Positions 1 to 16,543 of a DNA stretch of 64,000 nt are shown here, one piece after another (position 1 is the stretch's first letter; every line of letters begins with the position of its first letter). The stretch covers positions 260,586,001 to 260,650,000 of the forward strand of contig OZ024740.1 in the NCBI GenBank assembly GCA_964016885.1. Reading direction: 5' to 3'. Below the pieces are notes generated by a model that did no database searches, had not been told where the DNA came from, and worked only from the letters and a program-made list of their open reading frames with translations. The stretch comes from Eledone cirrhosa (Eukaryota). Made by a program: the position numbers and the translations under genes.

Positions 1-324
<324 letters not shown>

Positions 325-967
325 TATTAATAATGAGTTCAAAACTCAGGCAGTCCTTTACAATGAAATAGCTCAAAGAAAGAAGTATTTCTGAGCCGTG
401 TAATACAAGTTAATATAAATTAATATATTTGATAAACACAAATACCAACATATCCATGTTTGTATTGTAAATGACTAAGTTAGCTAGATTGAAATATACT
501 AGTTATAATAATACAGTTTGCCTGTCTCGATTTAAAATAATAAATCAATAAAAACAAAGCATATTGGCAAATGGCCGTGGTGCTTGGACAAATTTAAATT
601 TCAAAATCAAACCTGTTCCGTAGACAGGTTTAAACCTTAAAATCCAAATATGTTTCGAAAAATGAAAAAGTGAAAGAATACCGCATTTTGATCTCCTCAG
701 CAAGTATTAAATATTTTGGAGTGAAACATACCAATTTTTCTAATATGAAGTTATGTTGCACATAAACGATATCGTCCAGGAGTCGGAATTTTTACTTATA
801 TCTCTAACAAAGCACAGTCACCGTATCTGCTGTTTATTAGAATGTGTGCACTCTAAAGAGCTAGTTGCAGTTGCATTATTGCAATTTGGCAGATTCACTG
901 AGTGGGCTAGACGTTGGCCAGGGACTGTTGACATAGTATCATCGATCTTCGTTTTAATTATATTAAT

Positions 968-1545
<578 letters not shown>

Positions 1546-1840
1546 ATATTTACCTGTTATTCCACAATGCTTCAAGCAAACTTCAATACTCTCATATATA
1601 TATATATATATACTTATTAAAATAACAGATTGAAGTTTAAGCAAAGAATCGCTGCTTTCACCCTTAACGTGATTTTCTGATAATATATATATATATATAT
1701 AATATAAAAGAGAGATATTTCATGGCTGGATGGTTGGTGGGTTGGTTGGTTTAATCACACAAAAATTGCACACACGTCCATAGACACACATACATCGAGA
1801 GAGAATGGCAACGAACGCTGGTTTACACACACACTGGTTT

Positions 1841-3451
<1,611 letters not shown>

Positions 3452-3509
3452 TTATTGTATTCAATCCATGTAGAGCAAAATTTTCTTTTATATATATAGA
3501 TATATGTAT

Positions 3510-3571
<62 letters not shown>

Positions 3572-3573
<2 letters not shown>

Positions 3574-4651
3574 CGGCAAATTCAGCATCCGATATCTTTT
3601 TCGCCTTAACTCTCCTGCTCTGAGCCGGTGCTACAGTAAAGCCAGAGTCCTGGTGTTTCTCCAGTGCAAGGCGCATACAATAGTCCACTATGATGATAAA
3701 AAGGTAGGGAGCCAATGTATCTCCCTGGAGCACTCCAGCCAGTATCTCAAAGAACTCTGTCATCCCATCAGGTGTAATGGCTTGGGCTTTGGTGTTGGTG
3801 TAGAGCAGTGATATCAGGTCCACTATCTTCTTGGGGATTCCATAAGCCTATAAGATCTTCATTAGGCAGTGACGGTCCACAGAATCAAAGGCCTTCCTAA
3901 AGTCAATGAAAACCATGACCGCACGAGGGCACTTTGCTCTAACTCCCTCTAATATCCTTCTCAGCATCAGGATGTGACTGGTGGTTGATCTTCCCTCTCT
4001 GAAGCCGTTCTGGTTGTCCCTGAGCTTCTTCTCCATCTCAGGCTGGATCCTGTTAAGAATTATCCTGTTGAGGGTCTTTGCATCAAGTGACGTCAGTGAG
4101 ATCCCCCTGTAGTTGTTGGTGTTAGAGAGATCTCCCTTCTTTGGCACTGGGACGATGTTACTGATCCTCCACTGATTTGGGGCAACTCCTTTCTCCAGTG
4201 CCTGGTTAGAGAACTCCAGGATGATATCATCAAAATCACACCTCTTCATCACCTCTGATGCCACTCCGTCTTCTCCATGAGCCTTGCCCTCCTTGATCTT
4301 TTTCTTGGCTCTCTGAAGCTCCTCTCTGGTGAAGGGCTCTGTCTCAACATCCAGTTCTTCAAACATCCGCCTGATCTCCCCAGTGCTCTGGACTGTGGAG
4401 GGCGGCTCTCCTTGTAGGGTCCTAAAATGTTCTAGCCATTTCCTCTTCCTATCCTCAGGCCCAGTTCCCTGGATCTGACTCGAACACCTTCTCTTCCTCC
4501 CTGTGATCTCGTTGATGATCATCCAGCTCTCCTTACATCCAGACCTGTCAACCGCTCTCTCCACACTTCTGATCTTCTCTATCAGTGCCTCCTCTCTGGC
4601 CTCAGTGTAAGCGGTACAGAGTTCTTCCCTCATCACCTCCACAGTCTTCAT
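3572..4651 (-). pseudogene. RTE reverse transcriptase, linker to motif C (one in-frame stop at 3848-3850)
   Basis: ORFs 3848..4651 and 3488..3823 are in the same frame and carry canonical non-LTR RT motifs. Confidence 0.9.
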
Positions 4652-5421
4652 CGGTTGCTGAATTAGCCGACGACATAGTTTTGGGGATAAATACAGTGAA
4701 GGAGGCAGAGGATTTGATGCAGGAGGTTGAGACTGTGTCGATGAGTGTGGGGCTGAGAATGAATGAGACTAAAACAAAATATCTGGTAGAGAATGTTGAG
4801 AAGCCAGAGGGGATCATTAATGTAGGCGGGAAGCCGCTAGAATTGGTTGAGGACTTCCTGTATTTGGGAGCAAAGATAGGGAATACGGAAGATGATGTGG
4901 TTGAGAGGAAAAGCAAAGCCTGGGCTGCGTGCCACAGCTTGAGATCGGTGTGGAAGTCGGACCTTCGTAAAGGCCTGAAAATCCGCCTCTTCATTGCTGT
5001 AGTGGGGTCTGTGCTGCTGTACGAGTCTGAGACTTGGACACTGACCAAGAAACTCACTCAGATAGTGGATGGGTGCTACACGAGAATGCTGAGGATGGCT
5101 CTGAACATTAATCAGTATACACTGAGGATGAAAAACTCAGAGCTGTATGGGAGCCTCCCAAAAGTCAACCCAAAAGTGACACAGAGGAGACTGAGGTTAG
5201 CTGGACATGCTCACTGACATCCAGAGTTGACATTGCACTCAGTGCTCCTGTGAGATCCCTTACATGGACACACTGGAAGAGGAAGACCAAGGTTAACGCA
5301 TGTTGATGCCCTAAGGACAGACACTGGTCTGTTGGAGACGCAGGACATGGCAGCGATAATGAGGGACAGAGACCGCTGGAGAGAACTCGTCCATGGATCT
5401 CGGGAATTTTACCCGCCGTAG
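4651..5421 (+). pseudogene. RTE reverse transcriptase, motif C to C-terminus (two in-frame TGA)
   Basis: ORF 4585..5217 from SVAELADD, continuing in frame through HPEL...RGRPRL...DTGL...DRDRWR to TAG at 5419-5421. Confidence 0.9.
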
Positions 5422-5594
5422 AAATTTATGTATGTATATATATAGAGAGAGACAGAGACAGAGAGGGAGATCTGCGTATTCTTGATTGTTTCGCGGCCAG
5501 CGTCTCTACTTGCATCAGTGAAGATCTGTGTGTGGCGTCCCACAATAGATCAAAGTATCAGTAGGTTTGTCATTTACACACACACACATATCTA

Positions 5595-6599
5595 TCTACT
5601 TATATATATAACCAGCAATTTCTCTGTCTGTCTGTCCGACAGTGGAAACACGTGCGTAGAGAGATAGTGAGAGTGAAAGAAAGAGACAGACTACGAGAGG
5701 GGATAGCGGGAGGGAGAGAGTGAGAGAGAGAGTGAATAGACGCTAAAACACGTGCTATAGAAACATTACCTTCCCCTCTCCACTGACTTTTGTCACTGAG
5801 GCCGAGGGAATCGCTGGTTGCTATAGAGACACCTTGCACAAGCCAGAAGTAACCAGTTCGAGGCGGTTCTGACTTGACACCATGCGAAGAAGGTTGCCAT
5901 TGAATTTGTGGTTTGAAGAAGGTTGCCATTGAATTTATGGTTGTTGCTGCTGATAATAAGGACCATTTGAAGAAGGTTGCCATTGAATTTGTGGTTTGAA
6001 GAAGGTTGCCATTGAATTTGTGGTTGTTGCTGCTGATAATAAGGAGCATTTGAAGAAGGTTGCTGCTGATGAGGTAATTTATTAATCAGATTGCGCAGTT
6101 CCATAACCTACGTTTGATTTGTTCAATTTTTTTTTGTTGTTTTTTTTATTTCTTATTGAAAAAATATAAATAATAAAATAAGGTTAGAAATTTAAATACA
6201 ATTAAATACGATTTAATTTCCATTTCCAGCAGCCAATGTCCAGTGTTCAATTTCATGAAAAATTGGAAATAATTCAAAAAATTGAAGTTTAACTTTTGAA
6301 CATTTGTTTTGACAATAAAAAAATATTTCCTTATTCACACCTAATGGTATGATTAAAATTTCATAGGAATATTTTTTTCTAACCGCCAGTTATTTATTTT
6401 CTCCTTTTTCGTTTTAACATATATTTATTTCAAAGATTTCACCGTATAGATAACATATATATTTATACATGCATAAAAGACACACCGAGAGACGGTGAAC
6501 ATGTGGTGCCGAAAACATTTCTCATCCAAATCTCAACAATATCAGTATATACACTAGATTTGCTAGCAGTAAACCGCCCACCGGGTGGTTTTCTGCTAG
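5595..6599 (+). mobile_element. Non-autonomous Helitron-like element
   Basis: 5' TCTACTTATATATATAA..(CTGT)n start after A. The 3' end is a hairpin (CTAGCAGTAAACCGCCC/GGTGGTTTTCTGCTAG) ending in CTAG|T. Internal tandem repeats TTTGAAGAAGGTTGCCATTGAATTT lie at ~5885-6065. Confidence 0.75.
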
Positions 6600-6991
6600 T
6601 CTACTATATAAATGGCAATTTCTGTCTGTCTGTGTATGTGTATATGTGTATAACCAATTGGCGCCTACACTAGTGATCTGATCCTGATGAAACTTTACAC
6701 ACATGTTAAGCTAATCCAGAAACAGGATCGGTTAATTGGATTTCAATAATAATCAATAATGGAACCCCTGTGGATATCTTTACAATGGAGGAGGAAAGAG
6801 AAGACGTTTCAGTGAGAGAGGGGGAAGAGGAGATACTACTACTGTATGTTAAACCCTCCCTCCAACTACTCCCTTCCTCCTCCCACAACGCAATCTTCCA
6901 AAACGAGGCAACAACATATTAGAAATATACATAAAAATGTTCAAACAAAGCAGACGACAATCTAATTTTGGTTGACGACTGAACAGATGTC

Positions 6992-7030
<39 letters not shown>

Positions 7031-7050
7031 TATATATAATATATATATAC

Positions 7051-8207
<1,157 letters not shown>

Positions 8208-9150
8208 ACAGAGACATCTGTTCAGTCGTCAACCAAAATTAGACTGTCGTCTGCTTTGTTTGAAATTTTTTATGTATATTTCTAATATATATATATATAT
8301 ATAACATCCACTGATATGGATTCTGAACACGTGCACACGCTTAGGTCACATTAAGGTCAACTACAGGAATCCGTAATAAGCTACAAAAGAGTGTGATGAT
8401 CAATGACCTGGAAGTTGGCTTACCATGAGATTAGTCCGAAGAATAAAACCCAAATCGTATGTTGACGAATTCGTACTCCCGGTATGTTAATTGTAACATG
8501 CCGTCTTTGAGAGTAGAGTTTATTTTGTCGATATTTCGAGATATCCAAGATTAATACGAATTAAGAAGATGTAACTTCTCCCCTATTATTGACACTTTGC
8601 AACAGTGAACGCCTTCTTTAGGGTCAACACTTCTGATTGTTTATCCGACTTATTATGGTGTGTTTCCTCGGGTTATGTCTACTATAGGGGGAAAACGGGA
8701 TGGTTTTATTGAATTGCTTCAGTCATTCGAAGGGCTTTACAAACGGTGATATACAGGGTGCTTGAACAATACCTGAATATGTTCACTCGATTATAATTTC
8801 TTCAATAATTGCGATGACTTCCTCAATTGTTCTGTGTTTGTTCTTGAGCGCTAAGGCAGTAAGTTTGCTATGCTTATACATAAGTTTGTTGAATAAGTTC
8901 GATACTCTTCCAGCTCAAACTTCCTCGGCTTATTCACTCTGAATGAAGAAAGCTGGATGGAAGAAGGACTTATGACTTCAACAGCTATTGATAGTTCCAC
9001 ACAAAAAATTTATCTGCCATAAACACACCTAACAAAGGTTGCTATTGAAAATCCAGTATGGGCACCCAGGGTCGTTAGGATTTTCAGGCGTACTCTGGGA
9101 ACTGTGAATAACACCCACCTTTCCCGGGTATTACTGGGTACTGCAGCTAG

Positions 9151-9420
9151 TATATATATATAAATGCCAGCTTTCGATTCTGTGTGTCCGCCTAAAACTC
9201 GGAAAATACGGGACTGAACCCCTCAAAATTACATATATATATTTACTAGACACTTGGACAGGTAATGGTAACAAAAAAAAACAAAACTTATTTGCAAAGC
9301 AAGGAATTCATTTAAATTCAATTCATCGTATTTTCTAATGAATATCGAAATAAATCATCCATTTTGATTTTTGTTCTCCATTCTGTAGTGAAAGAGAGAG
9401 TGGGGGGGGGATAAGAGAAA
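9151..9420 (+). mobile_element. Third Helitron-like 5' end, directly after the CTAG of the previous one
   Basis: TATATATATAAATGCCAGCTTTCGATTCTGTGTGTCCGCC, a Helitron-like 5' segment. Confidence 0.5.
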
Positions 9421-9939
9421 GAGAGAGAGGGTATGAGAAAAAAAAGAGAGAGAGAAGGGTTGAGAGAGAAAGAAAGAAAGAGAGGTGTAAGAGAGAGAGA
9501 AAGAGAAAGAGAGAGTGGCGATGAGAGAGAGAGAGAGTAACAGAAAGAAAGAAAGAGAGTGAAGGGGAGGGGGGGGGGGAGAAAATGATAGCAGCGTTCG
9601 ATAACTAAATTTTATTTATTTATTCTTTACACTCTGTTTAACTCTCCCCCTTCCTCAACGTTACGTCTCTTTCTCTCTCGCTTTCACACAAGTCGTACTG
9701 GGACTGTGTGTGTATGTGTGCGTGTGTGTGTGTATCGGCGTTCTTAAATTAGAGACATGTTTGATTGTCAAATGTGTATGGTTACAAACACACACACACA
9801 TATATATATATATATGTGTGTATATATATATATATATGTGTCTGTGTGTGTGTGTAGATGTATTGCAAACAAGCTGTTGTTGATGTTCAGGGGAAATTGA
9901 TATAGTAGAAGTGTCAGTGATAAGCACATGTTTCAAATG

Positions 9940-10390
9940 CAGGTAGGATTTATAGAGGTGGTTGATAGCTTCTGATATCTAGGTGATCAAATTAGAAAGG
10001 GTGGAGGATACTCCGGGTGGAGGATACTCCGAGGCCATAGTATCTAGAATAAGGACAGGGTGGAAGAAGTTTAGGGAGCTGCTTCCTCTGTTGACAACGA
10101 AATCTCGGTTGTATGAAGTCTGTGAGAGATACACAATGATGCATGATAGTGAGACATGGGCAGCAACTGCGGAGGATATGCAAAAGCTGGAGAGAAATGA
10201 AGCAAGCATGCTCCGATGGATGTGCAATGTCACTGTGCGTGAACAACCAAGCATGGACGAGTTGAGAGTGAAACTGTGTATAAGAGGGATAAACTGTAGT
10301 GCGCGGGAAAGTAGACTGCGTTGGTATGGCCATGTGATGCGCATGGAAGATGACTGCTGGATGAATAAGTGCCAAGTAATCCCACTGAAA
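9940..10390 (+). mobile_element. RTE/BovB-like LINE 3' fragment
   Basis: VDSF*YLGD, RIRTGWKKFRELLPLL, HDSETWA, LERNEASMLRWMCNV, RLRWYGHVMRM. Confidence 0.9.
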
Positions 10391-10394
10391 GGAA

Positions 10395-10690
10395 AACGGC
10401 TACTTCTGCATATTGTTCAAGGACCAACGTCATTTGAGAATCTCAGGTGCTTTGGGGAAGAGTGTGCGCAACATACCAAGAAGCATGTAAAGAGCATGGA
10501 CTCCTGCATGACAATGGACATTGGAAGAAGACTCTAGAAGCAGCAGTCACTCCAGTAACCAGTCAAATAAGACAGTTGTTTGCTACGATACTCACAGCAT
10601 GTGGAATTGATAACGTGCTTCTACCCTGTCAGGAATACAAAAACAATATGTCGGACGACTATCTACACCTAGCCTGAAGACATCATGGTA
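10395..10690 (+). pseudogene. Helitron Rep/helicase fragment (frameshifted)
   Basis: RLLLHIVQGPTSFENLR / VCATYQEACKEHGLLHDNGHWKKTLEAA...QIRQLFATIL...YKNNMSDDYL matches the conserved region upstream of the Pif1 helicase in RepHel proteins. Confidence 0.88.
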
Positions 10691-10809
10691 ATATGCAGCT
10701 TCATATACAAATGAGATTAATCACCTCATTTATACAGACGAGAAAACTATATATTCTTGACTGTTCTCAAGTCCAACAGTTGCAAGCTGTGGGCGGGACC
10801 GTCTATATA

Positions 10810-11480
10810 TATCAGCCAGATGTGTTTGTCCCGTCGGCAGCTTCGATTGACTAGTCGTCGAGTTGGCGATATGCGGCATCTCCTTTTCCTTGGTCTTCTT
10901 GCGATCTGGCAGAATCCCGTTTGACTTTCGCCTTCTTCCATCGTCGATCAGGTCCCATGCTGGTTCCTGGATAAATTGCTCTTTCCCCGTTCTTCGTCTT
11001 CGGCCAAGCTTGTGCTGCTTCGGTCACTACTGTCGCAAACATCACCCATTGATCTTCCGAATCGGCAGCCTCACTCGACTGCTGGAACCGGTCGGGAATC
11101 GCTGTGGAACATCGCGTACTCGTACGATATTCATCACTAACACAAACTCCAGCTGATGCGTGTGAACTGAGTCTGGTGTGACGGAGTTCTTTGACATTGT
11201 CTCCGGTGTCAGACAGAGTTGCATTCTCTCTCCGTTGCTGTTCCTGCTGGCAGTCGATTTCGTTCTAAGGCGAACAGATGAAGGGCCTGGTCGAGGAATC
11301 CCATTAAGATGAACTGGACTCCACCTGGCAGCAAACGGAATCGGGGTTGCCCCAGGATCACCTGGCGACGAACGTTCCAAAAAGACCCGATGGCATCCAA
11401 CATTACTTGGCACAGACCCGAAGAAGCAGCCGCTGATCGTGACCGTTGGCGACTACTTACTGTTTGAGGTGCCTAAAGGC
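10810..11480 (-). mobile_element. Degenerate RTE-like LINE endonuclease-RT linker fragment
   Basis: Frameshifted pieces WVMFATVVTEAAQA, WDLID, KAKVKRDSARSQ...AAYRQLD and VNRSCRRDKHIW resemble the RTE linker. Confidence 0.55.
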
Positions 11481-12040
11481 GCGGAAGAACCTAAGATTAA
11501 GATTAAGATATGCATTCGAGAGTGAATAATAATAATATTATAATAATATCATAATATTAATATTCTGTTTGTTTACATGTAAACAACTCATAAACACCAT
11601 GTAGTAGAGATAATGACGTCATCCTTTTGTTCCAGCGGTAACTGAGAGAAAACAAACAATAATTGACAATTATTTCGGAGTGTCTTGCTTCTTGTCAAGT
11701 CTGTGTATTCTGCTCGTTAGCTACCGTTTGGAACTGCTGAGAATATATAGTATTTTCAAATGTATACATCGGCTGATGTTTTTTTTTTTAATTTCCAGCA
11801 AAGCCGCCGTAAAATCGCTCGGTATGCAAATGAAACTAATCAGATGTATTCTCATCGTTTCCAGGCGGTAGCTAACGAGCAGAATACACAATCTTGACAA
11901 GGAGCAAGACACTCCGAAATAACTATCAACTGTTGTTTGTTTTCTCTCAGCTGCCACTGGAACAAAAGAATGAAGTTGTTCATCTACCACATGGTATTTT
12001 ATGAGGCTATTTACTGGTAAACAAACCGAATATTAATAAT

Positions 12041-12205
12041 TGTTTCTACTTTTGGCACAAGGCCAGCAATAACTCAGTACATTATTGGTACTTTATTTTA
12101 TCGACCCCGTAAGCATGAAAGGCAGGATTTGAACTCAGATCGTAAAGGGACATGCGTCAAAGCATGGCGTCCGACCCTCTACTGATACTGCCAATCCACC
12201 GCCTT
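12041..12205 (-). mobile_element. tRNA-derived SINE (young family A) with 16 bp TSD
   Basis: Box A TGGCAGTATCAGT and box B GAGTTCAAATCC. TSD ACCGAATATTAATAAT at 12025-12040 and 12206-12221. Confidence 0.9.
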
Positions 12206-12234
12206 ACCGAATATTAATAATGTTATGATATTAT

Positions 12235-12420
12235 TTGGCAGTATCGGTAGAGGGCCGGAGGCCTTGCTTAGTGGCATAAAGTTACGGCCCTTTACAGTCT
12301 GAGTTCAAATCCCACCGAGGTTAACTTTGCCTTTCATCCTTTCGGGGTCGATAAAATAGAGTTCCAGTAATGCACTGAGATAATTGCTGCCCTTGTGCCA
12401 AAAGTAGAAACTATTATTAT
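12235..12420 (+). mobile_element. SINE family A
   Basis: Boxes A/B, central GCCTTTCATCCTTTCGGGGTCGATAAAAT (Meta-SINE-like) and (ATT)n tail. Confidence 0.9.
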
Positions 12421-12484
12421 AATATTAGTATTTACTCACGAATTCTCTTAGGTATCCACTATGTTAAGAACGTAAACAAATTTA

Positions 12485-12544
<60 letters not shown>

Positions 12545-12549
<5 letters not shown>

Positions 12550-12728
12550 AAACATAAATTATCGAGATTCGCATTTCGGCCCACGAAATAACGAAAAACA
12601 ACCTCCGAGACGAGATGTGTGGCAAGTGCTCAATGATTCAGATGAACCAGAGCTATAACAACGTTAAAGGCCAAACACACTGAGACGATGGTCAAACAAT
12701 CATTCGCATAGCCAAAAAAACGATCAAG

Positions 12729-12733
<5 letters not shown>
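12545..12733. repeat. Dispersed repeat end flanked by TA tracts; second copy at 20186-20366
   Basis: Near-identical ~185 bp, each copy starting immediately after (TA)n. Confidence 0.85.
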
Positions 12734-12808
<75 letters not shown>

Positions 12809-12962
12809 TAAAATAACAGATTAAAGTTTAAGCAAAGAATCGCTGCTTTCACCCTTAACGGGATCTTCTGAAACTAACAAAGTCAAACTGTAAACGCAGA
12901 AGTGGATATTTCAAAAAACGTTGCAACCGGAGGAAGACAGGAAGACGATACTTTGGTTCGTG

Positions 12963-13224
12963 GAAACGTTCGCTGGCAAAGAACGGGAAAAAACGAATAT
13001 AATACGTCATTAATAGGAGCGGTGAAAAACAATTACGCGCAAAGACAGAACCACGTTTGTGGTATAAAAGAGGTCGTAGACTAATGTTGTCTTAGGTGGT
13101 TCATAGAGACGTTCTCTGGCAATGAACGAAAAAAACGAAAATAATACGTCATATGTGGAGCGTGGAGAACAATAGCACGCAAAGACAAAACCACGTAAAT
13201 GGTATAGCAGAAGTCGTAGACTAA
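12963..13224 (+). repeat. Two diverged ~143 bp tandem units
   Basis: 12963-13084 matches 13106-13224. Confidence 0.8.
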
Positions 13225-13775
13225 AATTCTAACTAGGAGACCGAATGAATCTCCGCTACAGAGTTAGGAACAAAGTAAATAAATACAATACAGAAGTAAT
13301 AGAAATAAATAAATACATACACGCAAACAAATACGTACATACACAAGCATACGCAAAACACTTACCATAGGTTTACAAAACCACGCACATATAAATATGT
13401 GTGTGTGTGTATGCGTGTATCCAAATAAATAAATAATTATATAAACGTATATAAATAAATAAATACGTATATAACAAGCGCACACACATACCTACATGTA
13501 AATACACGAGTGTTCGGAGACGTAAGTCAACCAAACATGAAGTACACATATACGCGCACCCTACATACGTACGAACCTGCATACTCACAAAGACGCAAAA
13601 CTCCCGTATACACATAGCCAAACCATATGTACCAGAATATATAAAAATATACGCCATAACAATCAAATATACGTACGAGAAGGTATACGTACCTTCACAA
13701 AACATACGGGTAATGAATACTTACCTATGCAAATAAGTAATGGTTTAAACAAAACATATACTTATCTCCCACATC

Positions 13776-13857
<82 letters not shown>

Positions 13858-13860
<3 letters not shown>

Positions 13861-14890
13861 TTAAAACAATGAAATAAAAAATCAAGTCATTAGAGATATA
13901 CTTCACTGCTTTACGATCGTTTCTAGGTGATGATAATACATTGTAGCTATACTTCATTATTGATCTATGTAATGTTAGTTACAAAATATCAGATAAAGAG
14001 AATATTTACTTACATGCATATCACCAGCTGTTTTCAAAAGCAATAATAATTTTATTCAAAATTAGTAGTATGTTAGTATCTTGTCTTTATTTGGAGGTAG
14101 TTGAAGAACTAACCAATCAGATTGTTTTTTTTCCATATGATGTTAAGATGAAAAATAATTAACTTAAGTTGAGGTCATGACCCTTTGAAAGGAATGGTTG
14201 AATGGTGTTAATAATAGAATTGGCATAAACATCTATTAGGAGGAAAGGGATTGTCGAATTGATAGTTGAATGTATCTGGTATAGTAAAGTTTAAAAAGGA
14301 ATGTAAAAATAAAATATTATTTGGCAGTATCGGTAGAGGGCCGGACGCCATGCTTAGCGACATAGAGTTACGGCCCTTTACAGTCTGAGTTCAAATCCCA
14401 ACGAGGCTAACTTTGCCTTTCATCCTTTCGGGGTCGATAAAATAAAGTGCAAGTAATGCACTGATGTTAAGATGCTTTTGAAAACAGCTGGTGATATGCA
14501 TGTAAGTAAATATTCTCTTTTTATGTCAATTCTATTATTAACACCATTCAACCATTCCTTTCAAAGGGTCATGACCTCAACTAAAGGGAATTACTTTTCA
14601 TCTTAACATCATATGAAAAAAACAATTTGATTGGTTAGTTCTTCAACTACCTCCAAATAAAGACAAGATACTAACATACTACTAATTCTGAATAAAATTA
14701 TTATTGCTTTTGACAACAGCTGGTGATATGCATGTAAGTGAATATTCTCTTTATCTGATATTTTGTAACTAACCTTACATAGATCAATAATGAAGTATAG
14801 CTACAATGTATTATCATCACCTAGAAACGATCGTAAAGCAGTGAAGTATATCTCCAATGACTTGATTTTTTATTTCATTGTTTTAACTTA
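13858..14890. repeat. Fold-back element with ~370 bp arms; spacer holds a truncated SINE A (14321-14463)
   Basis: 13858-14229 is inverted relative to 14519-14890. The left end abuts (TA)n. The GAAACGATCGTA motif is typical of PLE ends. Confidence 0.9.
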
Positions 14891-15046
14891 TATCATGACT
14901 CTGTTTTCCTTTTAATGTTTTATTGTTTTCCGGGATTTATTTTAACCTACAACATTTTCAACATATGGATTACATTGAGTTCTTCATGCAGAATAGACCC
15001 CACAACTTACCGTGGATATCTCTGTATATATATATATATACTTTCT

Positions 15047-15119
<73 letters not shown>

Positions 15120-15121
15120 GT

Positions 15122-15152
<31 letters not shown>

Positions 15153-15332
15153 GGGAGAGAGAGATGTGGAAAATCTTGACCGCGGCACCAAACGGTTTCG
15201 GACCGCGGTCGAGATTTAACACATCTCTATACCAACTCTACATCTCCCCATGCATCGAGTACTCACATGATTAGTGGTCTCCTCGGTCTCAGCACCACAG
15301 ACTCTCTCTTTCTCTCTCTCTCTCTCCCACTC

Positions 15333-15452
<120 letters not shown>

Positions 15453-15593
15453 TATTAAGTTGTTAAACAATATTCGATGATTATGTCGTCAAAGAATGAG
15501 TTTTACAGTAGATTGGAAGGACTCAACGGTATTATTTTCAGGAGTTAGTAATATTAAAATATAGTATTAATAAAATAGATGTTCTTTTGATCA

Positions 15594-15656
15594 ATTACAT
15601 TTTATTATACATATTTCGGATGTACAACAGTACGTCCTCATCAGACAAAATATAAT
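15594..15656 (-). ncRNA. Type I hammerhead ribozyme
   Basis: Stem I ATTATATTTTGT/ATAAAATGTAAT (12 bp incl. 2 G-U), core CTGATGA, stem II GGACGTAC-tgtt-GTACATCC, GAAA, stem III ATA-tg-TAT, cleavage triplet AUA. Confidence 0.85.
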
Positions 15657-15717
15657 GATACATGACATACCCTGAGATGTTAAACGGTTAAGATTTGATC
15701 AAGGTATCTTGATTAAA

Positions 15718-15775
<58 letters not shown>

Positions 15776-15934
15776 TAGTTATACTTTGGGAGGGTCATGT
15801 TGCCAATAAGAAACACACGCACCAGTTGCTTTCACTTCAATTTATTATAATAAATTTATAAATTTAGGAATTTATAAATTTCCGGTTGGTTGGTTGGTTG
15901 GTTGGTTCCACAACCAGATGGTTGTTTATATATT

Positions 15935-15977
15935 GTCAAAGTTCTTTCGTCACACATTCTGTGACCTCTTCAGTGAC
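15935..15977 (-). ncRNA. Minimal hammerhead ribozyme in inverted pseudo-LTR
   Basis: Reverse complement of 19558-19600. Confidence 0.8.
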
Positions 15978-16208
15978 TGGGGATTCTTTTCTTTGTTTTT
16001 GTGCCTCTCCTTTGTTCTGTCCTACGCCATCTTGTTTCTCTGTGTGTGTTGTGTGCTCAGTCTGCTCATGCGCCACATCCGGGTGTCTGTGTGTGTTTAT
16101 ATTCGTTTATTTATTTGTTTATTTACATGTTACAGGTTGGTTGTTTGTTCTATGTGCGTGTGTGTTTTCATTTTGTCCTTAATTGTAAGTTGTGATGTTG
16201 CTGTTCCA

Positions 16209-16543
16209 CTAATGTTTTCTATTTAATTTTGGTTGTAATTCTTTTATGTTTATTGCCTCTGTGATTTGTCTAAACATTGCGTCTTTTCTGTGTGTAGATT
16301 CTATTTTTATTTCTATGTTCTCTAATTTACCCTTATGTTCTATTTTAGCATGTTGGTAGAGTACAGATGATTCTTTACCATCTTGAAGGTCTCGCCAGTG
16401 TTCATTTATCCGTTCCCCTACACTACGAGCTGTTTCACCTATGTACACTATATTTTTGTCTCTACATTGTCCTACAGTACATTTTATGCTATATACTACA
16501 TTTCTAGTTTTACTGTTAATATGGGGGCTTAATTTACAGGTTA
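16209..16543 (-). pseudogene. GIY-YIG endonuclease copy in the inverted pseudo-LTR
   Basis: KTRNVVYSIKC..C...YIGETARSVGERINEH...LYQH...H...FRQITEA...LNRKH, with a premature TAG where the 3' copy reads HEWN. Confidence 0.9.

Larger units (their letters stand above)
3572..5436. mobile_element. RTE-clade LINE with 5' inversion (inverted RT N-half plus sense 3' half)
   Basis: The minus part carries RT motifs PVPKKGD, NYRGISL, QNGFR, FIDFRKAFDSV and GVLQGDTLAPYLF, ending in EFAD. The plus part starts at ELADD and continues through FLYLG, LLYESETW, RRLRLAGH, RGRP and DRDRWR, then a stop and a (TATG)n tail. Confidence 0.92.
11515..12445. mobile_element. Fold-back MITE with ~235 bp TIRs; right TIR split by two SINEs
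   Basis: 11515-11748 is inverted relative to 11845-12040 plus 12222-12234 plus 12415-12445. Confidence 0.85.

Noticed and set aside
12835-12872. Hammerhead-like CAGAAGA..CCC/GGG..GAAA on the minus strand (also ~1645-1680)
   Set aside because: The core has U4A, and there is no UH cleavage site or stem I pairing.
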